The position numbers were made by a program, and so were the translations under genes. Positions 26,692-39,905 of a stretch of DNA of 64,000 nt are shown here, piece by piece (the stretch's first letter is position 1; each line of letters begins with the position of its first letter). The DNA is taken from contig NC_090603.1 of assembly GCF_000497125.1 (NCBI RefSeq), forward strand, positions 310,001 through 374,000, written 5' to 3'. This stretch comes from Spironucleus salmonicida (lineage: Eukaryota). A model generated the notes under the pieces. The model saw only the letters and a list, made by a program, of their open reading frames with translations, was not told where the DNA came from and searched no databases.

Positions 26692-28296
26692 ATGGAAATA
26701 TTCGAAACGCTTAAAGCTGTCCAAAAAGAGCTAGAAAAGGAAGTAGATGAAAAGAGACCGTTCGACCATATATATACAGCAATTAAACTGCTCGAGCCGC
26801 TTTTAGCTTCAGAGAACTCCCTAGACGCGTACGCAGCCGCCTGCCAATTAGCTAAGCTCTGTTTCGACTCCCAGGAGATGAATTCAGCCCGAAACCACTT
26901 ATTCTTAGCCAAAATATAAGATAGCGATCCGGAACTCTTCATCGAAAGGCACCCATTCCTTCTGCCAATGTATCTCTTGAAGACGTCAGTTTAGGGCCTA
27001 ATTTTGGCCCAGGCGCAGGAAACAGAGACTGCTCTTGACATCCTCTCCACCGCGATTTCTCTAGCCGACAAATTCCTCCAAAACACGGATGATGTCCGGC
27101 CCGTTTTCCGCTCAGAACTACCATTCCACAGCTGCGACTCGAACACAATCTCGACAAGCGACGCAAGAAACTATCTAATTCTCTGCAGCTTCTACGGTGC
27201 CCAGTGCGCGGGCGTCCTAAATGAGAGCGAAAAGTCAGCATTTCTGTGTGAGAAAACGCTGAATTTGCAGCAGGAAACGCAGCAATACGACCGCGCAGAG
27301 TGGGCCCGGAACGCGGTCGATCTGCAGCGCTACTACGCAGTAAATAACGACTATAAAGCAGCATTTTCCTGGCTCGAGCGCGCTGCAAATTGCGTTTTAG
27401 GAACGGAAAATCAAATTTAAAGTGAATTTCCCAATTTTCTGCTCAGCCAGTCGCTGCAAATATCAAAACTACAGCAAACTGAGGACACGGCAGGATTTTT
27501 AGAGGCGCTTTCGCGCACGCTCGTGCAGCTCATTTCGCAGTGTTTCGCGGCCGGTTTCCGGGCGAATTAGGCCGGAATTTGCGAAATTCGCGAGCTGGAA
27601 ATCTTCTAAAAATCGTCCCAAAAAGACATAAAAATCGAGTTTCTGAGGGCCGTTTTCGCTCAAATTTGCGTCAATTTCGACCACGTGCTTCAAGTTTACG
27701 CGCTGGATTCGTTCGCCTCGCAGCACGTCACCTGCGCTCTGGACTACTCGCAGGCGCTGCATTTGGCCGGAAAATTCGGCCTGGACCGGCCAGGGAACGA
27801 GGCGCGGCGCGTGAGTATGCTAAACGTCATCGTTGAGCAGCTCTCCGACAACCACTTCTACGCGCTCTATTCGCAGTGTTTGGAGCATTTGAGCTCCGCG
27901 AAAGTTGCGCTTTTCGAGCTCGAAAATAGTGAGAAAACGGCGTCAAACGCTCTGGAGCAGCTCCAAAAGTACACGAAATTCATTGAGCGGAACGCGCAAA
28001 AACGCGCTCAAATTGAGCTAAAAACCGTAGAAATTCCCTTCCAAAGGTGGATCAAGTTTGTGCATAAAGATGAGATATCATCATATATAGATGCGTGTTT
28101 CAGCACATGTGGAGTGTTTTCGAAATTCCCGGGAAACTTGAAACCCATGCTTCAAAATGCCGTTAACGGGTATGTTTACGTGGAGGCGCTGTGGGACGCT
28201 TTTGGCGAAATCGGCGACGGGGACTACAAGGAGAATATTCGCCTAGTGCGCGAAATGAGGAGGCTGTTTTAGATAAAATTGGATGCGATGGCATGA
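26692..28296 (+). CDS. KIFBP: KIF-binding protein (KBP) homolog, 534 aa
   Basis: CSFYGAQ...EKSAFLCEKTLNLQQETQQYDRAEWARNAVDLQRYY and YALDSFASQHV resemble the KBP C-terminal domain consensus as I recall it (LYYLAQ..HYCHSTLKRQ..EWAINAATLSQFY; F.LDGYVTDHI). Confidence 0.75.
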
Positions 28297-28725
28297 ATTC
28301 GAGTGAGAGGCGTAATTTTTGACAATGTGGTGGTAGTGATTGTAGTTGTAATTTGATGGATTTGAAATAAGCTTTATTTCGTTTTTAAGCTTGTGCTGAT
28401 CGTAAAAATGGGTTAATTAGAGGGTTTCAGATTGTCGGTTTTACCTAGTGTGGATGGAAAAGATCGCTTATAGAGTAAAGAGTTTGTATTAAATTTAAAT
28501 ATGATGAATTGGTGCAATTCTCGTAGTTATTAGATAAGAAGTTTATAGTGGGCATACAAAAGTATAAAAATGATGTAGTGGCAAATGTAAGATAGTAGTT
28601 AGTTATACGATAGTATATTTTACTAAAATAAATATTGAAAAAGTAGTACTTCTGTACTTTTAAATATAATTAATTGTAATGAATGAAATTGATTAATTAA
28701 GATGTATAGAATCATTAATAAAACG

Positions 28726-29055
28726 TCAGGAAAATAATTTAAGCCCTTTAAGTTAAGGAAATGAAGTTCTATTAGTAGGGAAAGTAGCTATAGCAACCGG
28801 TACATTTTCAGGTTGCTCAACCCACATATAACTTCGATCTTAAATATTTACAAAAACAGCTCTTAGCTCCTCTTCACTTCCTACTTTTAGTGCGATTTTA
28901 GTCATGTTTTCAGTGTCTTTTAAATAATTTTATGTATCCTCAGAGTTAATAGATTTATAAATCGCTGCGACAGAAGCATGTGCTATATTTACTGCTAATG
29001 CTCCTTTAGAAAATTTAAGATCCGTACGAACAATAATATATTAAACTAATGCCAT
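28726..29055 (-). CDS. PTRHD1: PTH2-superfamily peptidyl-tRNA hydrolase (PTRHD1-like), 109 aa
   Basis: MALVQYIIVRTDL..SKGALAVNIAHASVAA...MTKIALK...WVEQPENVPVAIA. Confidence 0.85.
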
Positions 29056-29256
29056 TACGGAATAAGATAATAATTATTTATTATATATTAATTATAAGAG
29101 TATTATTCAATTTCATAGAAATAATTAATAGAGGATGAGTAAATATGATTCTACATTATTCTAGTTTAAATGTATTGTTGGAACGTTGAATCAGGATAAT
29201 TTGACAATTATTTGATACATTAACTAGCAATTAAAAACCAACAACTATTCAAATTG

Positions 29257-29928
29257 TCACTTCACATCCATCAGTACAGAGTCATCATTTTAATAAGCAA
29301 TATTAAGCTGTACTATTTCTTCTTCTTCAATTTTTTATTTTCTATTCTTCCAAATAATGTAAATTATTAACAAAATAAGCAGCAGCAAAAGCAGTAAAGA
29401 CCCTATGACAATCCCACTGATAGCACCGCCGGATATATTAGCTTTTACCTCAGAGTCTTTATCCTTATCACCTGCTCCTGGCGTGAAAGGGTCGTTAGGG
29501 TCCTGGTCTGGGCTTGGTATGTTTGTACTTAGAGTGCAAATAGTACCGATTTAAGTATAACCAGAAGTGCAAATTAGACATTTTTAGTTTGAATCTTTAC
29601 TGTACCCTTTCAGGCACGTTCCACAGTCAGTACTGAGGCTGTCGCACGTTTCACAATTGAGGCCGCCGCCACACTCGCAAGGGGTTTTTATGTCTAGCTA
29701 ACAGGCTGTTGGAACACCGTCTTTGCAGTGATTTCCTGATGTCAAGGTGGGAGTGCAGTCATTGGTACAGGAACCGTCAGTGTTAGTTATTTTTCCTGCT
29801 GGACAGCTAGCACAAAATATTGCAGATGCACATACTGTACAACCATTAAGGCAAGTTGTGCACATTTAGGTAGATGATTCACAATACTCACCGATCTTAC
29901 AGTGTGAGTTTACACGGCATTCTGTCAT
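29257..29928 (-). CDS. Cysteine-rich membrane protein, 223 aa (paralog of 14517-15161)
   Basis: MTECRVNSHC..., shared CGGGLNCETC, DQDPNDPF and SGGAISGIVIGSLLLLLLLILLII. Ends AAG-TGA. Confidence 0.9.
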
Positions 29929-31095
29929 TTTGGAAGGAAAACCAGAAACTAAAAAATAGACATAATATTGATATCTTAGCGAATTGTAGAAATATTGAAA
30001 AAAATGAGTTTTAACTGTAATTCTGTAGAAATATTAAAATATTAAAATAATAGCAATATTGGTAAAATAAAAAATTTAAAACCTAATATAAATGATTGAT
30101 ATTCTATTATAGTATATACATAAAAATTGTTTCGAATTTGGAAGATAAATAATTCTGGTAAATACATAGACTTGTAATATTTAACATATTTAACAAAAGT
30201 TAATATTATTGTATACTGGTAAAAATAGATCGTTAGTAAAGTTGCTAGCTTATTGTTATTATTTATTTATTTATAGTAATTATTTTATCATAAATTCTAG
30301 CCTATAATCACACATATATTTTAAAAACTAGAGTTAAGTAAAAAGTATAATACTCCTCGACATTTGCTATTTTATTATAACGATATAAAATAAAATTATT
30401 TTAATCTACATTTAAAAGCATAATAATCAACAAACTAAATTTTTAATAAGAAGTAAAATTATATGATTGTTCATTATTATATTCTAAATTATTAACATTA
30501 TATTTATAACATATAATCATTATAAATTTGAATATTTAATAAGATTTTTACTATATAATAATAATAATAATAATAGAATAGAATATTTTTAGGAACTCAT
30601 TATAATAAACAGGAGTAAATTCAATATAAAGTAAAATATTTCAATAAAAAGCATTTTTAGTAATTGGGCTCTAATATGACTGTTAAATTTATAGTAATTT
30701 TGATATTATATAACAGGAAGCTAAAATTTACACTAATTTTCTGAAGTTATTATTAGATACTCCTTTGCACACATTATTATACTATTCTCGTATTAATTTT
30801 GAATATATATTTAAACCTTCAAGTAAATATATTGTTACCGATTTTATTAAAAATTTAAGAAAGCCTATATTATCCGCAAACTCTTCTACAGATTAGCAAT
30901 ATCCAATAGTAATCACTACTAGTTATAACAAAACATAAATCACAATAAAACAATATTTATTTTATTCAAAACTATTACTCCTTATATTTTATTATTTTCC
31001 TCGATGATAAGTTATTAAGTATTTAAATAATATTGTATAATATAATAAATATTATCTGCGATTCCACTTCTTACCCATTTCTTTCCCCCTTAAAA

Positions 31096-33129
31096 ATGAC
31101 ATTCATGGCAGAGCGTATCGCTTACTTTGAAGAATTGAAAGCACTTTATCCCAAGCCATAGGCAGATGAATCAATTAAAATTACTGTCACGTTAAATGGA
31201 GAGAAGATTGAAGCTTCTAAATTTACTTGTGTTTTCTAGTTACTCCCTAAAAAGCATTCATTTATTGCATGCATTATTAACGATGTGGTTTCAGATTTAT
31301 CTACCCCACTTTCTGACGCATGTAATGTTGCAACTCTCACTTTTGAAGATCCCCGTGGTAAGGAAGTTTTCTGGCACTCAGCTGCGCATGTCCTTGGTTA
31401 CGCTTTAGAAACTCTATATGAAGCAAAGTTAGGACATGGACCAGCTTTGGAAAATAATTTCTTTTACGATGCTGAAATTAGTAATCATATTGATTTAGAA
31501 ACCCTACCAAAAATCGAGGCACATATTGCTTCTTTGGTTAAAACTGCACAAAAAGAGAGAAAATCTCGTTTTGAAAGACTTGAGATCTCTAAGGTAGAAG
31601 CTTTGAAGATGTTCGCTCACAATAAGTTCAAAGTTGAACTTATCACTGAGCTTGTAAAAGATGGAGAGACTTGCACAATTTATAAGTGCGCTGATTTTGT
31701 AGATTTCTGCAGAGGCCCTCACGTGCCAGATCTTTCACTTATTCAAGCCGTTAAGCTTTTGAATTGCTCTGCAGCATATTTCAAAGGCGATTAAGCCAGA
31801 GAATCTATGCAGCGTGTATACGGTGTCGCTTTCCCCTCTAAGAAAGAGCTAGAAGTTTACTTAGATAATATAGAGGAAGCCAAGAAACGTGATCACCGTA
31901 ACATTGGCAAAGAAATGGACCTTTTCATGATGCACAAGTTCGCCCCAGGCATGCCAATGCTCTATAACAATGGAACCAAGATTTATCGCCGTTTAGAAGA
32001 TTTCATCCGCACCCTTCTCCACAAATATCACTATTTGGAGGTCTTGACCCCCAATTTCTTGAACACGGAAATGTGGAAAATCTCAGGCCACTTAGAGCAC
32101 TACCAGCAGAACATGTTCCTGTTACAGCAGAACTCGCCATCTGACCCCCTTTTCGGCCTCAAGCCGATGAACTGCCCAGGCCATTGCCTCATGTTTGCCT
32201 CTCAGCACCACGCTAAAACAGAGCTCCCAATCCGCATGTCGGAATTCGGCGTAGTGCACAGGAAGGAGGCCTCCGGCGCCCTGGGCGGCCTCACGCGCGT
32301 CCAGCGCTTCGAGCAGGACGACGCGCACGTCTTCTGCGCCCCGGATCAGATCCAGGCGGAGATTCAGCAGATAATGAACTTCCTGGTCGAGGCCTACGCG
32401 CCTTTCGAGCTGGAATTCAAGTTCGGCCTCAGCCTGCGCCCCCAGGACCGCATTGGCGAGGATTCGCTCTGGGACCAGGCTGAAAACGCTCTCAGGACCG
32501 TTCTGCAGAATTCTGCGTACGAATTCGAGGAGTTTCCGGGCGAGGGCGCCTTCTACGGCCCGAAAATCGACGTGCACCTCAAGGACGCTCTGAACCGCTT
32601 CCACCAGTGCGGAACCGTCCAATTGGACTTCAATCTGCCCCAGCGCTTCAATTTGGAGTTCGCAGAGACCGTGGACGGCAAGCAGCAGTACTCGCACCCG
32701 GTAATGATCCACAGGGCGATTCTGGGCTCAATCGAGCGCTTCATGGCCATCCTGATCGAGCACACGGCTGGGAAGTTCCCGTTCTGGGTGAGCCCGAGGC
32801 AGATTCTGATCGTTCCCGTGAACCAGGAGTTCGACGCGCACTGCAGGGCCGTTTGCGAGCGGATTTACCAGGCCGGTTTCGACGCGAAATGCGACTGTTC
32901 GGACGAGAAAATGAACAAGAAAATCGCGCGCGGATTCGGCGAAAAATGGAACTTCGTGTGCGTCGTCGGCGCGAAAGACATCGAAGGAAATGGCGTGACC
33001 GTGCAGGGGAGGAGCCTGGGCAAAATTCAGGGTGTAGAGGGCAAAGGCGATAAGCTGAGCAAGTTTTACACGGTTGAGGACTTTATAGCGCTCTGCGGGG
33101 GCTTGGCGGGCAGGAGAGACAATGTGTGA
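31096..33129 (+). CDS. TARS: Threonyl-tRNA synthetase, 677 aa
   Basis: FWHSAAHVLG, DFCRGPH, RDHRNIG, KPMNCPGHC, GLTRVQRFEQDDAH, GAFYGPKID and HRAILGSIERF. Confidence 0.97.
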
Positions 33130-34547
33130 GCGTCTTTTTAACGTTTTTTGGGCCAGTTCGGTTTTTCAGTTTTAGAAGGGAATGTGAATAATAGAATATA
33201 ATAATGTAGATTCTGGAAAATGCTGGAGGTAAGTTTTTGGCGTAGTGGGGGTTTTTGGGGTGGGCGAGGCTGATTGACTGATAGAATCTACGATTTAATA
33301 TGATAAGTTGTAAATATAGGTGTTATAAGGAATAACATATTTTAGTGCTTGTAAATATAGAATAGTTGGTTTTCTAAGACATAGAATTATTAGATTATCA
33401 AAAAATTTAAGCTCACTAGCTTGTTATAGCGGGATGAAACTGTCAGATTGCTAAAATAAAATAAAATTTTAGTATTAGTTTGTATGTGATCAGTTCCTAT
33501 AAACTGTTATAGGTGTAAGCTGATTAAAGTACATAAGTTAAAGAAAATTTGCTTTTTAATGTTAGGAATTATAGTTATCAGCTCAACTAATCATTTAGAA
33601 AGGTATATTATAGCATTTAGAGCAAAATACTAAATTAACTATTTAAAAATGCTTATCCTCTATAAAACGAAGTAAAAGGCTGTACACCTTTTAAAAATTT
33701 TATAACCTAGGTAATAAAAATGTATTCCCTATTATACTTACAAATATTTATTATAAATCAAAAATCTGTCGTGAAATCCACATCTCATTATAGTTTTACT
33801 TACTTTCTAATATAAATTGATTATTGAGTCAATCTGGATAGTATTTATATAGATAAAGTGAAGTTAGCTTTAAGACAGTTTAAACTATTACACTTTTCTT
33901 ATTATCATTTATAATAATGTAATTGTTGTAATACAATATTTATTGGTTTATCTCTATCAATAAATACATACCTTAGAAGTACTAATTATACTTAATCAAT
34001 TTAAATGAACTCATACATAACTTGGCAAATAGATTTGTGAAATTTATTTAGCATAACAGAAAGCTAATATTCGAGAATATGAATGAACTTCTATCTATAT
34101 TATTTACAAATTTAAATTCCGCAGACTGTTAATAAGAATGTATGATTAAATTTTTAGTTACGGGTTCACTAAACTTGATTACCATAATGCTTATTCAATT
34201 TTTTAAAATAATGTTTAACGCAAGTGTTGAATTAATAGATAATAAAATAATCTATAAAGAATTAAATAAAGTTATCTACTAGATTAGAATGCTAAATAGA
34301 GGTTGTCTCATTATATAGCTTCTGTGTCCTTTAAAAAATTGCAAAGTCACATTATATGATGAAATTATTAAAATTGATATTTAAATCAGTTGGCACAAAT
34401 TTAAAAGGACTAAATATATAGTAAATACACTGAAAATCCTTTATTTGTATATTATTCCTCTTGAGAATAACAACACCTCTGGTTAAAAAGTTCTTTACAT
34501 CAACTCTGTTATAATAAAGAACTAAATTCATTCATATACCTATATAC

Positions 34548-34769
34548 TCATACTTCTGAATCTGAGAGATCTAGAACAAGAAGGTTGATAAGACCAGGAC
34601 CATAATCTTTTACTAGATCCAGAGAATCTGAAAAATCAGTATACCGATGATATTAAGATGAACTAAGTGGTTTTTAAAGTTCATCTCTTGATAGAGGCTG
34701 ATATGAAGATGTGTTAAGACTAAGGGGCTACCTGAAAGCATGCTGGCGTTTGCGGACAATAGGCTTCAT
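34548..34769 (-). CDS. MKPI-type microprotein, 73 aa
   Basis: MKPIVRKRQHAFRQPLSL...LINLLVLDLSDSEV*. Confidence 0.6.
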
Positions 34770-35920
34770 TCGATAAGGAATGTATTATATTATTTTTTAT
34801 ATTTTATAAATGCCAGTTCTGTCTAAGGAATGGAGTGTATATATCATTAGTATAGTAAATATTAATATTTAGGGAAGTGATTCCGGGATAATTTGATTTT
34901 GAAATTATAGGTTTACACATTCCTTATAATAAAAACTTTCTATCAGTATGATAAATACGACAAATCATATCATTAAAGTATTTAGTGTGAATAAACTCAA
35001 GAGGATAACCTTTTTTCCAAAAAATCATAAAAAATCAATATAAGTTTGGTAACATTGGTGGAGAACATAACTCAACCATATTTTATTAAGATAAGTCTTT
35101 ATGATATAAAATTATAACATAATGCAAAACCAGTTTCTTGTAGCTATTATTTGAAACTCATCAAATTTATAACTTTGATTTAAGCCTATCCTTGTCATTT
35201 GAATTTATATCTATAATCTAGATCTGCTTAATTATATTCATTAAATTAGTGTTGAATGAAAGGTTTATGTTATAAGTATTGGATAAATTTTAATAGTTTT
35301 TTGAATAATAACAATAATTTCACCTAATAATACTATATAATGTATGTTTCCCTTGTTTTCAGCTTATATAACCTAAACATTTAGACTAGTTAGTTTGATA
35401 ATTATACGTGTAAGCTAAAGTTTAACTGGTTATAGCGAAAATTAATTTTTATAATTTTAGATATTTAGCTATATTACAACTATGTCAAGTTAGCAAATGA
35501 ATATATGCTTTAATATTTTCCCTTTTATTACAAGACTAACCTTAAATTACTATGCAGAAGTGTAAATTTTATGACCCTGAGAATAGATTTATAATTAGAA
35601 TATTAATTTTTTATACTTTATTAAATGGCTTAATTTGAAAAATAAAGTATACGCTATTTTTATTGCTTTCTTAAAAACTCTATTAACCTATCAAAAATCA
35701 TACAATCCTTTATTACATTACAACGCGTTATCACAATAGGGGTAACTGTAAAATCATTATCTATTTAATTACTGTAACTACTAAATTATATAAAACGGGT
35801 TTGAAGTTAAAACACAGATGTTTTCAAAACTATATATAATCAGAAATAATTGGGAAAAATATAAGAGTTGGTTCTCAAAATTTCATTATTATCTGAAATT
35901 TACATTAAATAACTACTAGC

Positions 35921-36133
35921 TCACTCAAAGTCTAATCTGAAGTCATCTTATGATATTTATAAAGAGTCGCTCGCATTATTACTATAATTAGATTTTTATC
36001 CATATTCTATGAATAACCGTGATGCTGTTTAAATCGGTGGTAATATTCCAATACTACTGTTAATATTACGTGGATGCCATATTTAGACCTAAGATTATTA
36101 TATACTACGAGAAGGCCTCATAATAGGCTTCAT
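35921..36133 (-). CDS. MKPI-type microprotein, 70 aa
   Basis: MKPIMRPSRSIQQSQ...ILPPIQ...SQDDFRLDFE*, ending GAG-TGA. Confidence 0.6.
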
Positions 36134-36762
36134 TTTTAAATAGACCAGTCGCTAAAAAATTATATATCATAATTTGTTTATAAGTATGATTAAAATAAAA
36201 TTTTACTGTAAAACATAATGCCTTCAAATTGACAAAATAAAAAAGAATATGTATATATTATAAATTTTTTATATTTTATAGTAACTTTTCATACATTTTA
36301 GTTATTTATATAAATATACTTTGAGTATCTTTAGTGATAAATAAAATTACAATACTGCAAAAAGATTCTCTAAACCCATCCATAGCTATTATTTCTAGTG
36401 AATTATGTTTATTTGTGGCACGTATTTACACTTGAAATTTCAACCAATAAGCAAATTACATTATCATAACTAAATAATTATAGCATTATACTAATCATAT
36501 TTATAAAGTTACAAATATCTATTGTGGAAGGAGCATTTAGCTATATATCAAATTAAAATTTATTAACTACTAAGTAGTTTCATTTTTTCTAGGGTGAAAT
36601 ACATTTACTAATAAAATTTTAAAATTTTATTCAGTTAATATTTAAGGAACGTTTCTTAAATAAAATTATTTAATATATTGTATTTAAATTTTCTATAGAA
36701 ATAAGTTTCTGAGTTTGAGTATAGTATTTACAATATATTAAAATAAGAAGCTAGTTTTATAA

Positions 36763-36984
36763 ATGAAACCAATAGTAAAAAGAATTAGAGACAGTGCTCT
36801 CCAACGATATAAAACCCATACTCACATTTAATCCTATAGTTTGCCTCCTATTTACAAGCATTAAAGAACTTTATTATAATTAAGTGATTGTTTTGACGAC
36901 GAAGAATTAGTCCAGAATAATACGCTGTAATACTTAGATTATGATGTAGATATCCTTCGGGAACTAATAAATGACAGCATTTGA
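36763..36984 (+). CDS. MKPI-type microprotein, 73 aa
   Basis: MKPIVKRIRDSALQR...SLPPIY...YLDYDVDILRELINDSI*. Confidence 0.6.
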
Positions 36985-37382
36985 TGTTCTTTAAGTGAGA
37001 TAATAGTTCCTGTCAGTTCTTTTACCAAAACTTTTTAAAACCCACTTAAATTTTAATTTTCATTATTGTGTTATATTTTATCTTTTAATGATAAATACTT
37101 AACCGCTTAAACTCCTATTTTTAGAATTTTTTCAGATTACATATGAAATAAAGTAAATACATTTTTTAATTTCCAAAAACCAACATTAGATATCATTATA
37201 ACAATATATAAATATCTTTTACCGTTAAAAACCTATTTAAACTGAAAACAGTTACCCCCTTCAAATTATAATATACTAATATACCTATTAATCACATAAA
37301 CTTGTATACAAAATCATAGAACTACAATAATTCTATTCTAACTTACATACAATATTATACAATATTAATTATAATAAACATT

Positions 37383-38696
37383 TCACTTCTTTTTTAACTT
37401 TGTTTCTTCCAGCGTGTCTTCGTACTTTTTCAGTCTATCGCTAGCCTCATCAGACCTCACACAGCTGATTCCGCTCTCGAACAGCTACTTTCGCTCCATG
37501 TCAAGCATTTAGATCCCATTCGCCGCTATCTGCACTTATTTAACCATTTTAGACTGCTTTTAACACTTTTTCTTATACTTTTCGTTCTGTTATCTGAGAA
37601 CCTCCTTTTCATTTTACTCTAGTACGATTTTCTACTACATTTCATTTATTATATTTTTATAATTATCTTTTTCTTAAATAAAACTTTCCACTTCTTTTTA
37701 CTAATCGTTCATAAACTTGAAGTATTTTTGGTTTTGCGTGAACTAAATCGTCTGAATTTCGAGCTTAAACTGCTAATTTTCTCCTTCAAATACCTTGCAT
37801 TTCTCCTTGCACTGGCTCAGTTCGCTTTCCATTTTTTCTCGCTCAAAATTCAACTTTTGAGTATTTAATTTGTCGTTTTACTCAATTTTCAACATTTCGT
37901 TTTGAAATTGATTTTCCATTCCTTTTACATGCTAATCGCGATCCTCCAAATTTTGTTTTAAGCCCAAAATATGTATTTTCGACTCATTTTCGCTAATTTT
38001 CAATTCCTGAAGCTCTTTTTCGTTCTTCTTATTTCTGTCTTCTAGCAAACTCACTTTTCGCATCAATTCCTCGCTCGGCTGATATGTGAAATTCTGCTCA
38101 GAAGACGATTCTGAGGGTTCTGGAATGTTTATCGCTGTTTGGTTTTGGAGCTGATTCGACAGCTCCGAAATCAGCTTTTGCTGTTCTGAAACTTTCATTT
38201 CTGCAACAAAAAGTTTCGATTTCTGCTGCTGCAGCGTCGTCTCGTACTCGATGATCTGAAGCTGATTTTTCGTGATCAGGTCAGTTTAAGAATTGAATTT
38301 ATTAATGCTATTATTATATTATTAAGAGAGTATATTAAATTTTTACTGTAGAATATCGTTGGACGAATCAGGAAGCTACTGAATTTTCTCATTCATCTGG
38401 ACGACTGCGTGCGAGAGAACAGAATCTGATGATTTTCGTAGACGCTAGTTTTCAGCCATTAGGCGTTTGATTTTGTCTAGTTATGTTTCTATTGTTTCAG
38501 TGGTAGTGTTTATAAGTGTTTCGGCCTCTTTAAGTTTAGATTTTAGGGTATTATTTTCATCAATTTTATACTGGCTCTCAGCCGTCAGATTTTCATATTG
38601 CTATTGTAAATTATTATACTAATGATTAATACCAGCTTGCTCAGATAACTACTACTCTAAGCTCCTTATCATGCCTAACAGATCTGCTCTTTACAT
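37383..38696 (-). CDS. Coiled-coil protein, 437 aa
   Basis: E/Q/K/L heptad-rich frame from MQRADLLGMIRSLEQQL to AAG-TGA. Confidence 0.8.
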
Positions 38697-38771
38697 TTTT
38701 AAAATTTTACCTACACTGTCTTTAATTAGTATAATAATATAAATATAAAACCACTTCAAATTTCTTTCCAA

Positions 38772-39905
38772 ATGGAAGAAACGAGTGACTCATATTATGC
38801 TGAAATAACAATTGAAGAATCAAGCAAGTCAGAATCTTATTCTGCTGAACCAGATACGTCAATTTATGCTTCAGAATCTATATCCCTTCAGGAAGACCCA
38901 GAATTTTTATAAAAAATTGAGGAGATTAAAAAAATGCAAAAAGAAACGATCAAGGAAGAGCATGCTTCTGTACCATTTCCAATTATAGAACCTAAGTTGT
39001 ATGACGAAAAGTTAACTTCGATTAAGAATATACCAGCTAGCAAACCTGTCGATTAATAAAATTGTAGCGAATTGCATTTATCAACTTCATCACCAGAAAA
39101 CTCAATAAATCCAGATGAACTTACTTTAGAGTAGTAAACTGAATATTATAAAAAATTAGCCGCTTCGTAATTACGTTAAAAAAAAGAAAAAGTTTCCACT
39201 AAACTTCATAGAGGTGAAAGAATTCGTATGAAAAAATAGCAATAAAAATTGTCAGCCGAAAAAGAGTTTGAAGATGTGAAAGGTTAAATTTATTAAGAAG
39301 AAATACCAGAATTAGCTAAAATTTATAATATGAAGCCAGAGCAAATTCAAGAAATGTTAGAATAAGCTTTGGAATTTGAGGCCGTCAGCTCTTTAAATGA
39401 AGATCTGTGCTAAGAAATAGAGAAACTATAGAAAAGATTAGCTCGCGCTAATCCAATCAATGAAAAATTCATTGAAGATATTGGTAGAATTCAATTTAAA
39501 TACAAAGATCAGGAAAAGCGCGATTATGGACTTTCAACTGAAGATTTAATGAGTTTACCAGATAAAACTTTCCAGTGGTTATGCTTAGATTTGGCAGAAT
39601 TTGATGGCCTAGGTGATGTAGATATTGGATTCTATAAAGAACTATAGAAGGCTGGTGCCATTATAGGAACACGAAAATATACTGATGAAGAAGCAAGAAA
39701 GTAAAGCCTCAAATTGGATGATATCAGAGAAGATGTTATCGCTAAGTATCCAAAACTTTATTAATAGAAAAGAAACTTTTAAAGTGGTGAAAATATGAAT
39801 AGTAATAAAAATTAGCTAAAATAAATTAAGGGAAGGAGTTTGGAGATGAAATTAAAGAAAAAAGAAAAGAATGAGAGATAAAAAGCAAAGAAAATAGGTA
39901 AGTGA
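38772..39905 (+). CDS. KRI1: Kri1-like ribosome biogenesis protein, 377 aa
   Basis: Acidic N-terminus and basic C-terminus. QFKYKDQEKRDYGLSTEDLMSLPDK resembles the Kri1 C-terminal motif (FKYR..P.DFGL..EIL.ADD). Confidence 0.65.

Noticed and set aside
880-33129. NOG2, AspRS, ThrRS and others as pseudogenes with premature stops
   Set aside because: All interruptions are in-frame TAA/TAG, which encode Gln in this lineage.
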